Assembly (NCBI GenBank): GCA_002269645.1
Contig: NIVC01000341.1
Coordinates: 124,001-188,000 of the forward strand
Origin: Macrostomum lignano
Lineage: Eukaryota
Direction of reading: 5' to 3'
DNA length: 64,000 nucleotides
The notes below the pieces were generated by a model, which worked only from the letters and a program-made list of their open reading frames with translations, did no database searches and was not told where the DNA came from. The translations under genes and the position numbers were made by a program. Positions 1-13,100 of the stretch are shown here, piece after piece. The stretch's first letter is position 1, and each line of letters opens with the position of its first letter.

Positions 1-763
1 ATCGGCGCCGTCCCTGACAACCCGCGGAGCTCAGATGTATGCCTGCCGGACGAATTTTTCCCCTTCTATAAGATCCGCCTGTAGCCTCGAGCAATTTTCC
101 CATAGCAACCAGACCGGCATTCATATACGGGTGCCTGACACTGAGCGTGTCGATCAGAGATAATTGGGATCGCTTCCTGCTTGATGATGGTTCGGCTAAT
201 TATCTGCCGCCGTGTGCGCCATGTAGTTCTCCTTATCTCTCTCATCTCTAGGAATCGCTATAGTCTCGCCAGTGCAGGCAGACGTCAGTGACTGACCCAC
301 CCCCGCGCGCTCCAACCCCCTCCACAGCCCCGAGAAAATCGATTAACCCCCAGCAGAGAAAATAGATAACTACTCTACTGCTCCGATGATGTCGTCTAAT
401 TTAATCGCAAGACATTTCCTGACCCGGCCAGCTCATCTCCTTCTCAAGCGAGGTCGGCATTGCATTCTCAATGGGCTCCCTGGTGCCAGCTCTGCTCCAG
501 CACTGTGCTGCTCGCTCCCAGAAAAAAGTTATCTCATTATCTCGTTTCTCTGACGATGCGTTGCTAGCGGTAAACAAGTTGGTTTTATTCGATTCGAGGG
601 CTGCAGTAGTCATGTATGCTTGGCCTTCATATGCCTTCTGAAACTCAAGTTTAGGAACTTGGGAAAAATTGAAAGTACTTACGAGTATGAGCTCGTTTCC
701 TGCTTGCGAATAGCTTTCCGAAATCCTCTGTCTCCTTGCTTCCTTGCCCACTCCTTTCTTTTC

Positions 764-2940
764 TTTCCTCCTACCCCTTTATCCCCTCCTCTCTTCCTCA
801 CCATCCTTTCCTTCATACCCTCCTCTCTTCCTCACCATCCTTTCCTTCATACCCTCCTCTCTTCCTCACCATCCCTTCATTCATACCCTCCCCTCTTCCT
901 CACCATCCTTTCCTTCATACCCTCCTCTCTTCCTCATCATCCTTTCATTCATACCCTCCCCTCTTCCTCACCATCCTTTCCTTCATACCCTCCTCTCTTC
1001 CTCATCATCCTTTCATTCATACACTCCTCTCTTCCTCACCATCCTTTCCTTCATACCCTCCTCTCTTCCTCACCATCCTTTCCTTCATACCCTCCTCTCT
1101 TCCTCACCATCCTTTCATTCATACCCTCCTCTCTTCCTCACCATCCTTTCCTTCATACCCTCCTCTCTTCCTCATCATCCTTTCATTCATACACTCCTCT
1201 CTTCCTCACCATCCTTTCCTTCATACCCTCCTCTCTTCCTCACCATCCTTTCCTTCATACCCTCCTCTCTTCCTCACCATCCTTTCATTCATACCCTCCT
1301 CTCTTCCTCACCATCCTTTCATTCATACCCTCCCCTCTTCCTCACCATCCTTTCCTTCATACCCTCCTCTCTTCCTCATCATCCTTTCATTCATACACTC
1401 CTCTCTTCCTCACCATCCTTTCCTTCATACCCTCCTCTCTTCCTCACCATCCTTTCCTTCATACCCTCCTCTCTTCCTCACCATCCTTTCATTCATACCC
1501 TCCTCTCTTCCTCACCATCCTTTCATTCATACCCTCCCCTCTTCCTCACCATCCTTTCCTTCATACCCTCCTCTCTTCCTCATCATCCTTTCATTCATAC
1601 ACTCCTCTCTTCCTCACCATCCTTTCCTTCATACCCTCATCTCTTCCTCACCATCCTTTTATTCATACCCTCCCCTCTTCCTCACCATCCTTTCCTTCAT
1701 ACCCTCCCCTCTTCCTCACCATCCTTTCCTTCATACCCTCCTCTCTTCCTCACCATCCTTTCATTCATACCCTCCCCTCATCCTCACCATCCTTTCCTTC
1801 ATACCCTCCCCTCTTCCTCACCATCCTTTCATTCATACCCTCCTCTCTTCCTCACCATCCTTTCCTTCATACCCTCCTCTCTTCCTCACCATCCTTTCAT
1901 TCATACCCTCCTCTCTTCCTCACCATCCTTTCCTTCATACCCTCCCCTCTTCCTCACCATCCTTTCCTTCATACCCTCCCCTCTTCCTCACCATCCTTTC
2001 CTTCATACCCTCCTCTCTTCCTCACCATCCTTTCATTCATACCCTCCTCTCTTCCTCACCATCCTTTCCTTCATACCCTCCCCTCTTCCTCACCATCCTT
2101 TCATTCATACACTCCTCTCTTCCTCACCATCCTTTCCTTCATACCCTGCCCTCTTCCTCACCATCCTTTCATTCATACCATCCTCTCTTCCTCACCATCC
2201 TTTCATTCATACCCTCCTCTCTTCCTCACCATCCTTTCATTCATACCCTCCCCTCTTCCTCACCATCCCCTCCTCCATACCCTCCTCTCTTCCTCACCTC
2301 CCTTCCTTCATACCCTCCTCTCTTCCTCACCATCCTTTCATTCATACCCTCCTCTCTTCCTCACCATCCTTTCATTCATACCCTCCCCTCTTCCTCACCA
2401 TCCCCTCCTCCATACCCTCCTCTCTTCCTCACCTCCCTTCCTTCATACCCTCCTCTCTTCCTCACCATCCTTTCATTCATACCCTCCTCTCTTCCTCACC
2501 ATCCTTTCATTCATACCCTCCTCTCTTCCTCACCATCCTTTCATTCATACACTCCTCTATTCCTCACCATCCTTTCATTCATACCCTCCTCTCTTCCTCA
2601 CCATCCTTTCATTCATACCCTCCTCTCTTCCTCACCATCCCCTCCTCCATAGCCTCTTCTCTTCCTCACCATCCCCCCTCCTCCATACCCTCCTCTCTTC
2701 CTCACCATCCCCCCTCCTCCATACCCTCCTCTCTTCCTCACCATCCCCCCTCCTCCATACCCTCCTCTCTTTCTCACCATCCCCCCTCCTCCATACCCTC
2801 CCCTCTTCCTCACCATCCTTTCATTCATACCCTCCTCTCTTCCTCACCATCCTTTCATTCATACCCTCCTCTCTTTCTCACCATCCCCCCTCCTCCATAC
2901 CCTCCTCTCTTTCTCACCATCCCCTCCTTCAAACCCTCCT
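764..2940. repeat. CT-rich minisatellite, ~34-bp unit (ccctcctctcttcctcaccatcctttccttcata)
   Basis: Tandem unit visible throughout. It has no stop codons on +, which explains the three overlapping long ORFs. Confidence 0.97.
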
Positions 2941-3008
2941 GATCTTTTCTCCTCCACCCCCCTTAATACTCCCTCTCTTCCCCTTTGCTCTCACCTACAC
3001 TCACGTAT

Positions 3009-5144
3009 TTAGTAATTGACCACTTTCGAAATCCATCGGAAAAGTCTTGTATACTCAAAAAAATACAATCGTAACAATGCATACACCTGGCATTGACTTA
3101 CCAGCGGCCACACAAACACAGAATTGGCCGTGACGCAAACCCACGTGGCGAAACCGAGGCGCCAGGTAAGAAACAGGGAGTTCGGTTGGCCAGCCAGGTG
3201 CAGTGTGAGCCTTTGGTGGGGTTGTTAATGTGCATTGAAGTGAAACGAGCAGGTGCCAGCATATTAGATATTGAGGTGGCACCCAAACCTGTTAGATATT
3301 GAGCTGGCACATAACCTGTTAGATATTGAGGTGGCACCCAACCTGTTAGATATTGAGCTGGCAACCAAACATATTAGATATTGAGCTGGCAACCAAACCT
3401 GTTAGATATTGAGCTGGCAACCAAACATGTTAGATATTGAGCTGGCAACCAAACCTGTTAGATATTGAGCTGGCACCCAACCTGTTAGATATTGAGCTGG
3501 CACCCAACCTGTTAGATATTAAGGTGGCACCCTACCTGTTAGATATTGAGGTGGCTCCCAAACCTGTTAGATATTGAGGTGGCACCCTACCTGTTAGATA
3601 TTGAGCTGGCAACCAACCTGTTAGATATTGAGGTGGCACACCTGTTAGATATTGAGGTGGCACACCTGTTAGATATTGAGGCACCCCAACCTGTTAGACA
3701 CCGGAAGTGCTCATGTGTCATAGCCCCGGTACACTCACTGGGCGCAGTACGCGATGAACAAGCCAGCAATAAAATTGTACATCACAAATCCGGCGCCAGT
3801 GGCAACGCTGCAAGACTTCGGCGCCAAGCGCGATTTGAAGACCTGCAGAGCGGACCAGCTGCTCAGCAGGAGGTGAACTGGAAATTTTGTCAGGCAAAAA
3901 TAGAAAGTGACAAACAGCTAAGGAAATTATGAGATTTGATTTTCTGAAGAATTAATATCATACTCTACTCAGCAATTCTCTATATATCAAGAATCGTACC
4001 CTCTATCAATCCAAAATCTCACCCTCCATTTATCGATAATCTCACATTATTTCCATCGATAATCTCACTGTATCCATTTAGAATCTCATCCTCTATCCAT
4101 CAAGGATCTCACCCTCTATCCATAAAAAATCTCACCCTATATCCATAGAGTATCTCACCCAATATCCATCGAGAATCTCACCTTATATCCATCAATAATC
4201 TCACCCTCTATCCATCGAGAATCTCACCCTCTATCCATCGAGAATCTCACCCTATATCCATCGAGAATCTCACCCTCTATCCTCCGAGAATCTCATCCTC
4301 TATCCTCCGAGATTCTCACCCTATATCCATCGTGATCTCACCCTGTATCCATCGAGAATCTCATCCTATATCTATCGAGAATCTCACCCTCCATCCATCA
4401 AAAATCTCTCCCTTTATCCACCGACACCTGGCCTCCAAAAATATGTGAAAACTCAGGAGAAGCAATAGACTCAAACCTATTCATCTCACCTGAGTACAGC
4501 AGGGCATCTCTGCTTGGCCTGAAGCAGCGCTGCTGCCCAGAATCCATCCGTGTGCCATGAAGATCAGCGGCCTCTAAGCCGCTCTGAGCAGCCAGGCCGA
4601 TGCACCAGATCAGCACAGCGACTCGAATTCTCCTGCCAGCACAGCTGGCGTCCAGCAGCAGATCTCGACTGGACCGATTGAAGCTCAGGATGACGGAGAG
4701 TCTGGATGCGTGTGGTCAGATATCAACCTATGGATTCGATGTTGAAGCTAAAGGATTTGTATGCTCTACCCGTAAGTTTAATTTACCTCCAGCAGTGCAG
4801 TCCGATGCAGGTGTACACCAGCGCGCTGCCCAGATGAAACAGCCAGTTAGACACGAGGCAGCCGACTGCTCCCAGCTGATAGCGTTGCAATAGTAAGCTG
4901 GGGATGGGCTGGAATAGTAGTAGTTAGTAGGAGTAGTAGTAGTAGTAGTAGTACGAGTAGTAGTAGTAGTGGTAGTAATAGTAGTAGTAGTAATGGTAGT
5001 AGTACTAGTATTACTAGTAGTAGTAGTAGTAGTAGCAGTAGTAGTAGTAGTAGTAGTAGTAGAAGTAGTAGTAGTAGTAGTACGAGTAATAGTAGTAGTA
5101 GTAATGGTAGTAGTACTAGTATTAGTAGTAGTAGTAGTAGTAGC

Positions 5145-5175
<31 letters not shown>

Positions 5176-7260
5176 CGAGTAGTAGTAGTAGTAGTAGTAA
5201 TGGTAGTAGTACCTAGTAGTACTCACAGACACGGGAAGCATTCCGGTTCCCAACAGCAGCAGTTGAATGTTCGATGCTCCAATGGATTTTACTTTCTGCA
5301 ATTTATCGATTCACTTGCATGTACGACAAGTCCTTGTCAGAATTGTTAAAAAACGTGTCGCTCATTACAAATACGCGCAGTAGTCATTCGCGCCTGACTC
5401 GTGGAGGGGCTTTTAAGATCTTTTCAATTCTCTTATCGGATCGTCGATATGCATCGAAAAAAGGTTTTCCACATTGTACGCTTTAACGTGGATCAAATTG
5501 ATCAAATTTGTTAGAAAGGATCACCCACTTCGACAAAGGTCAGTTAATCTTTAGAGAAGAGGCAGGGGAGAGAGAAGGCAGGGAGAGAGAGGAGGCAGGG
5601 GGAGAGAGGAGGCAGGGGGAGAGAGAGAAGAGGCAGGTGAGAGAGAAGGCAGGGGGAGAGAGAAGGCAGGGGGAGAGAGAAGGCAGGGGGAGAGAGGAGA
5701 GGCAGGAGAGAGAGAAGAAGCAGGGAGAGAAGAGGCAGAGGGAGAGGGAGGAGAGAGAGGCAGGGGAGAGAGAGGAGGCAGAGAGAGAAGAAGCAGGGAG
5801 AGAGAGAAGAGGCAGAGAGAGAGACGAAGCAGAGAGAGAAGAGGCAGAGGGAGAGAGAGGAGGCAGGGGGAGAGAAGAGACAGGGGGAGAGAGAGAAGAG
5901 GCAGGGGGAGAGAGTAGAGGCAGGGGGAGAGAGAAGAGGCAGGGGGAGAGGAGGCAGGGGGAGAGAGGAGGCAGGGGAGAGGAGGCAGGGGAGAGAGGAG
6001 GCAGGGGGAGAGAGGAGGCAGGGGGAGAGAGGAGGCAGGGGAAGAGAGAAGGCAGGGGAAGAGAGGAGGCAGGGGGAGAGAGAGGAGGCAGGGGGAGAGA
6101 GAAGAGGCAGGGGGAGAGAGAGGAGGCAGGAGAAGAGAGAGACATGGGGAGAGAGAGGAAGCAGGGGGAGAGAGAAGAGGCAGGGGCAGGGGGAGAGAGA
6201 CGAGGCAGGGGGAGAGGAGGCAGGGGGAGAGGAGGCAGGGAGAGAGAGAAGAAGAGAGAGTAGAGTAGAGGCAGGAGAGAGAAGAAGCAGGGGGAGAGAG
6301 AAGTAGCAGGGGGAGAGAGAAGAGGCAGGAGAGAGAGAAGCAGGGAGAGAAGAGGCAGAGGGAGAGAGTAGAGGCAGGGGGAGAGAGAGAAGAGGCAGGG
6401 GAGAGAGTAGAGGCAGGGGGGAGAGAGAGGAGGCAGGAGAAGAGAGAGACATGGGGAGAGAGAGGAAGCAGGGGGAGAGAGAAGAGGCAGGGGCAGGGGG
6501 AGAGGAGGCAGGGAGAGAGAGAAGAGAGAGTAGAGTAGAGGCAGGAGAGAGAAGAAGCAGGGGGAGAGAGAAGAGGCAGGAGAAAGAGAAGCAGGGAGAG
6601 AAGAGGCAGAGGGAGAGAGTAGAGGCAGGGGGAGAGAGAGAAGAGGCAGGGGAGAGAGAGAAGCAGCAGGGGAGAGAGAGAGGAAGCAGAGAGAAGAGGC
6701 AGAGGGAGAGAGTAGAGGCAGGGGAGAGAGAGAAGAGGCAGGGGAGAGAGTAGAGGCAGGGGAGAGAGAAGAAGCAGGGAGAGAAGAGGCAGAGGGAGAG
6801 AGAAGAAGCAGGGAGAGAAGAGGCAGAGGGAGAGAGAAGAGGCAGGGGGGGAGAGAAGAGGCAGGGGGAGAGAGAGAAGAGGCAGGGGGAGAGAGAGAAG
6901 AGGCAGGGGGAGAGAGAAGAAGCAGGGAGAGAAGAGGCAGAGGGAGAGAAGAGGCAAGGGGAGAGAAGAGGCAGAGAAGAGCAAGGAAATAGAGAAGTCG
7001 CCCTGTTCATGTAAGAGACGCCTCAGCTGAGAACAGTTACACGTGCTCACTAATTAGTACTGTTGTCAGGCACAAGCGAACCCCTAGATGCCAGGCAGCA
7101 GTCAGCTCACCCTGGTCCACCTGTTTCGATGCACAATAACTGCAAGCACAGCGCTAGCAGCGGCCGGCAGAGCTCCGGACAAGAGCAACAGAGGCTGGGC
7201 CAGTTTTTCAACAGCTGACGATGAAGTGAAACTTCGCGAGTCATTGTTGCACGAAGGCAT
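3009..7260 (-). CDS. Divergent class A (rhodopsin-like) 7TM GPCR, 6 coding exons; C-terminus uncertain
   Basis: Exons 7260-7111, 5295-5227, 4908-4787, 4701-4490, 3877-3739, 3210-3102, all GT-AG and phase-consistent. Translation: MPSCNNDSR (N-glycosylation site), TM1, SIGASNIQLLLLGTGMLP (TM2), YQLGAVGC..IGLHCWR (ECL1-TM3), IWCIG (TM4), ECL2 Cys, TM5, TM6, TANSVFVWPL (TM7). Reading through the donor at 3101 gives a stop at 3011-3009. Confidence 0.72.
3262..3698. repeat. Intronic minisatellite, ~26-28-bp unit (acctgttagatattgagctggcaaccaa)
   Basis: Tandem copies inside GPCR intron 5. Confidence 0.95.
4010..4398. repeat. Intronic minisatellite, 23-bp unit (atccatcgagaatctcaccctct)
   Basis: Tandem copies inside GPCR intron 4. 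Confidence 0.93.
4913..5220. repeat. (TAG)n microsatellite
   Basis: Fills almost all of GPCR intron 2 and generates the poly-Val ORF artefact. Confidence 0.97.
5535..6990. repeat. GA-rich degenerate minisatellite (agaggcagggggagag-like)
   Basis: Purine-only tandem units inside GPCR intron 1. Confidence 0.95.
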
Positions 7261-7694
7261 GGTTGCTGACGATTTCGCAGCAGATGAGATGGAAGTTCTT
7301 GAGACGGCTCAGGCGTGCATATTTAATACGAGATCGTAGGTCTGCACGCAGCCAATCAGAATCTTTGGCCGGCTGAGAAAAACAAATTTGCTCAAGACAA
7401 AAGTTACCGACTTTCAAATATGCAATAATTTCTTTGTCAAGAGAAGTTTTCAAATTGAAGCATTTTTATTTTCAACAGTTACCATAAATATATAAGTACA
7501 GCAAATAGAAATAGATGAAACACCGAAAATTCAAATTAAGAATGCAGTTGGAGCACATTAAATATGTTTTTAAAAATCAGTCTCAATCCTGGTTGCCTTA
7601 ATTAAAAATTCAGTCGGCCTGTCAGCTGAACAATCAATCAAGTAAATAGATAAATCATCTTCGTAACCAATGCAATATCAAATCAACCCTTTAG

Positions 7695-10078
7695 CCAACC
7701 AATCAACCATTTAGTCAGTCAATCAATCAACCATTTAGTCAATCAATCAATCAACCATTTAGTCAGTCAATCAATCAACCATTTAGTCAATCAATCAATC
7801 AACCATTTAGACAGTCAATCAGTCAATCAACCATTTAGTCAATCAATCAATCATTTAGACAGTCAATCAGTCAATCAATCAATTAACCATTTAGTCAATC
7901 AATCAATCAACCATTTAGTCAATCAATCAATCAACCATTTAGTCAATCAATCAATCAATCAGTCAATCAATCAATCAACCATTTAGTCAATCAATCAATC
8001 ATTTAGTCAATCAATCAATCAACCATTTAGTCAATCAATCAATCAACCATTTCGTCAATCAATCAATCAACCATTTAGTCAATCAATCAATCAACCATTT
8101 AGTCAATCAATCAATCAACCATTTAGTCAATCAATCAATCAACCATTTAGACAGTCAATCAGTCAATCAACCATTTAGTCAATCAATCAATCAACCATTT
8201 AGTCAGTCAATCAGTCAATCAATCAATCAACCATTTAGTCAATCAATCAATCAACCATTTAGTCAGTCAATCAGTCAATCAATCAATCAACCATTTAGTC
8301 AATCAATCAATCAACCATTTAGTCAATCAATCAATCAACCATTTAGACAGTCAATCAGTCAATCAACCATTTAGTCAATCAATCAATCAATTAACCCTTT
8401 AGACAAATCAATCAATCATTTAGACAGTCAATCAGTCAATCAATCAATTAACCATTTAGTCAATCAATCAATCAACCATTTAGTCAATCAATCAATCAAC
8501 CATTTAGTCAATCAATCAATCAACCATTTAGTCAGTCAATCAGTCAATCAGTCAATCAATCAATCAACCATTTAGTCAATCAATCAATCAACCATTTCGT
8601 CAATCAATCAATCAACCATTTAGTCAATCAATCAATCAACCATTTAGTCAATCAATCAATCAACCATTTAGTCAATCAATCAATCAGTCAATCAATCAAT
8701 CAATCATTTAGTCAATCAATCAATCAACCATTTAGTCAATCAGTCAATCAACCATTTAGTCAATCAATCAATCAACCATTTAGTCAATCAATCAATCAAC
8801 CATTTAGTCAATCAATCAATCAACCATTTAGTCAATCAATCAATCAACCATTTAGTCAATCAATCAATTAACCATTTAGACAATCAATCAATCAGTCAAT
8901 CAATCAATCAACCATTTAGTCAATCAATCAATCAACCATTTAGTCAGTCAATCAGTCAATCAGTCAATCAATCAATCAACCATTTAGTCAATCAATCAAT
9001 CAACCATTTAGTCAATCAATCAATCAACCATTTAGTCAATCAATCAATCAACCATTTAGTCAATCAATCAATTAACCATTTAGACAATCAATCAATCAGT
9101 CAATCAATCAATTAACCATTTAGTCAATCAATCAATCAACCATTTAGTCAATCAATCAATCAACCATTTAGTCAGTCAATCAGTCAATCAGTCAATCAAT
9201 CAATCAACCATTTAGTCAATCAATCAATCAACCATTTAGTCAATCAATCAATCAACCATTTAGTCAATCAATCAATCAACCATTTAGTCAATCAATCAAT
9301 CAACCATTTAGTCAATCAATCAATCAACCATTTAGTCAATCAATCAATCAACCATTTAGTCAATCAATCAATCAACCATTTAGTCAGTCAATCAGTCAAT
9401 CAATCAATCAACCATTTAGTCAATCAATCAATCAACCATTTAGTCAATCAATCAATCAACCATTTAGTCAGTCAATCAGTCAATCAGTCAATCAATCAAT
9501 CAACCATTTAGACAATCAATCAATCAACCATTTAGTCAATCAATCAATCAACCAACCATTTAGTCAATAAATTGATCAACCATTTAGTCAGTCAATCAGT
9601 CAATCAGTCAATCAACCATTTAGTCAATCAATCAATCAACCATTTAGTCAATCAATCAATCAACCATTTAGTCAATCAATCAATCAACCATTTAGTCAGT
9701 CAATCAGTCAATCAGTCAATCAATCAATCAACCATTTAGTCAATCAATCAATCAACCATTTAGTCAATCAATCAATCAACCATTTAGTCAATCAATCAAT
9801 CAACCATTTAGTCAATCAATCAATCAACCATTTAGTCAATCAATCAATCAACCATTTAGTCAATCAATCAATCAACCATTTAGACAATCAATCAATCAAC
9901 CATTTAGACAATCAATCAATCAACCATTTAGACAATCAATCAATCAACCATTTAGACAATCAATCAATCAACCATTTAGACAATCAATCAATCAACCATT
10001 TAGTCAATCAATCAATCAACCATTTAGTCAATCAATCAATCAACCAACCATTTAGTCAATAAATTGATCAACCAAATC

Positions 10079-10135
<57 letters not shown>
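7695..10135. repeat. (TCAA)n-based satellite, ~24-bp unit ccatttag(tcaa)4
   Basis: Long tandem array between the GPCR 5' end and the CTU2 3' end, ending in pure (TCAA)n. Confidence 0.97.
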
Positions 10136-10136
<1 letters not shown>

Positions 10137-10184
10137 GTACAGTATTATGTCCTCCCAGCCGGTCAATCAATCAACAGCAACCAC

Positions 10185-13100
10185 TCAGTCAGCGCCATCG
10201 GCATCAATCAGGCACTCCTCAAGCACGGCCCGTTTCGAGCAGCCGTTGAGCAGCACAGAGCAGCTGTAACAGTAGCGCCCGCCCTCCTTCGCCCACAGAC
10301 CGGCAGCAGCAGTCGAAGGCTCTGGAGAGTCCCCGGATCTAGCCAGATTCTCCGACAGTCGAAGAGCTCGCAAAGCGTTGCAATTGCTTCTGACGTTGCC
10401 ACCGTCATCGCCAGATGGCTGTTGCTGCATCGACAGACCGCAGGCAGGACAAGGTGTGGCGGCGGCGGCTGCAGAGTCAGACGAGGAGCTGCCCGCTGCC
10501 ACACTGTCTGACTGGAGTTTCTCGCCAGTGCGCAGAATATTGTACACCGTGGCTGGGAACGACTGCGGGAAGAGAAATCGATAAGATCCATTCGAGTTTT
10601 TTTACTATACATTGCATACTACTCAACCGATTAGGAGTAAGTAGTGCTTATGGAAATTCTAAAGAAAATCAAAATAAAACAAGTTAACACATTAAATTAC
10701 CTGCCTGCTGCTTCTCTCAATCCAAACACTGACTGACCCACTAACGGACTCAATGACCCACTAACGGACTCAATGACCTACTGACGGACTTAGTGACCCA
10801 CTAACGGTTTCAATGACCCACTAAAGGTCTCAATGACCCCTAACGGACTCGATGACTCACTAACTGACTCAGTGACCCACTAACTGAGACAATGACCACT
10901 AACGGACTCAATGACCCACTAACGGACTCAATGACCTACTGACGGACTTAGTGACCCACTAACGGTTTCAATGACCCACTAAAGGTCTCAATGACCCCTA
11001 ACGGACTCGATGACTCACTAACTGACTCAGTGACCCACTAACTGAGACAATGACCCACTAACGGACTCAATGACCCACTAACGGACTCAATGACCTACTG
11101 ACGGACTTAGTGACCCACTAACGGTTTCAATGACCCACTAAAGGTCTCAATGACCCCTAACGGACTCGATGACTCACTAACTGACTCAGTGACCCACTAA
11201 CTGAGACAATGACCCACTAACAGACTCAATGACACACTAACGGATTCAATGATCAACTAACAGACTCAATGACACACTAACGGACTCAATGATCAACTAA
11301 CAGACTCAATGACCTACTAACGGACTTAGTGACCCACTAAAGGTCTCAATGACCCACTAACGGACTCACTAACTGACCCACAAACCCGGAAGATCACCTG
11401 TTGCAGTCCGCCCAGGAAGCTGGCAATCACCCCGGTATACTGCCGCCGCCTTGGCCGTCATTCAACAACGGACTGTCCGGGTCGGCCGGTCGCGGACACA
11501 CCGGCATGAGGCCGTCGGCGGCCAGCCAACTCAGCAGGGCGGTCTCGGCCGAAGTGAGCTGACGCAGGGGCCGCACCTGGCAGACGCCACCAGCTGCGAT
11601 GGCGCTGAATGCGCCCGAATCGGCGCTCAGCCGACCCTGGGCGACGCTGCGCAGGGTGAGCTCGGCCAGCCGGCTGGCTGTCTCACCGGTGAGCACTCGG
11701 CTGCAGTTGAACTGCCGACTGGCCAGGGCTAGGCACCGGTGCACGGACCGGTGCAGCAGTTCGCGGTAACCGGTGCTGTTAAATAAAGTAAAATACGAGT
11801 ACTATTAATAATGTAATATTGGAGTGACACAGGGGGCGGATTGGAGTGACACAGGGGGCGGATTGGAGTGACACAGGGGGCGGATTGGAGTGACAAACGG
11901 AGCGGATTGGAGTGACACAGGGGCGGATTGGAGTGACAACCGGAAGCAGATTGGAGTGACAAACGGGAGCGGATTGGGGAGACAAACGGGAGCGGATTGG
12001 AGTGACAAACGGGAGCGGATTGGGGAGACAAACGGGAGCGGATTTGAGTGACAAACGGGGGCGGATTGGAGTGACACAGGGGGCGGATTGAAGTGACAAA
12101 CGGGAGCGGATTGGAGTGACAAACGGAGCGGATTGGAGTGACACAGGGGCGGATTAAAGTGACAAAAACGAGCGGATTGGAGTGAAACAGGGGGCGGATT
12201 GGAGTGAAACAGGGGGCGGATTGGAGTGACAAACGGGAGTAGATTGGAGTGACAAACATGAGCGGATTGGAGTGACAGGGAGCGGATTGGAGTGACAAAC
12301 GGGAGTGGATTGGAGTGACAAACGGGAGTGGATTGGAGTGACAAACGGGAGCAGATTGGAGTGACAAACGGGAGCAGATTGAAGTGACAAAAGGAGCGGA
12401 TTGGAGTGACAAACGGGAGTGGATTGGAGTGACAAACGGGAGCGGATTGGAGTGACAGGGAGCGGATTGGAGTGACAAACGGGAGCGGATTGGAGTGACA
12501 AACGGGAGCGGATTGGAGTGACGAACGGGAGTGGATTGGAGTGACAAAAAGGAGCGGATTGGAGTGACAAACGGGAGTGGATTGGAGTGACAAACGGGAG
12601 CGGATTGGAGTGACAGGGAGCGGATTGGAGTGACAAACGGGAGCGGATTGGAGTGACAAACGGGAGCGGATTGGAGTGACAAACGGGAGTGGATTGGAGT
12701 GACAAAAGGAGCGGATTAGAGTACCACGTGTTTCTCTTTGTAACATACTCATCGATAAATTTAATTTGCGCACCCGTCAGTCATGGCGGCCAAGGCTTCG
12801 GACAAACCTGGCAGAAGTTCTGCCGCAGTCAAGCAGTGCCTTTCGAACTCAACCGGCAGATGGGCGTCGAACTGTTCGAGCACAGCCGCCCGTCGCCCGG
12901 AAAGGGGCCCGTCGCCATTGTCGTTGAACACGGTGGCGAAATCGATGTACACAAAAACTGGTGTGAAACGAAGCTTGCGATGGGTTGACTCCGCTAGGCC
13001 CTGCGTGTGAGTCATCAGGCGGTGCAATTGTTGAATTAGGGCTCGCTTGTAGCTTGGGTTCAGGAGAGTGCCAGCTCAGGAAGCTGAGGGTTCAGGAGAG

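Noticed and set aside
401-751. 116-aa ORF as the GPCR C-terminal exon(s)
   Set aside because: It has plausible splice signals (acceptor before 637, donor near 682), but no recognisable motif and no unique phase solution, so it is not called.
620-3019. Three 640-800-aa ORFs rich in S/P/L/H/F
   Set aside because: Translations of a stop-free 34-bp satellite in all three frames; not proteins.
5508-7050. Long R/E/G- and L/S/P-rich ORFs
   Set aside because: Low-complexity GA repeat inside a GPCR intron; the same applies to 11729-12773 and 19182-20896.
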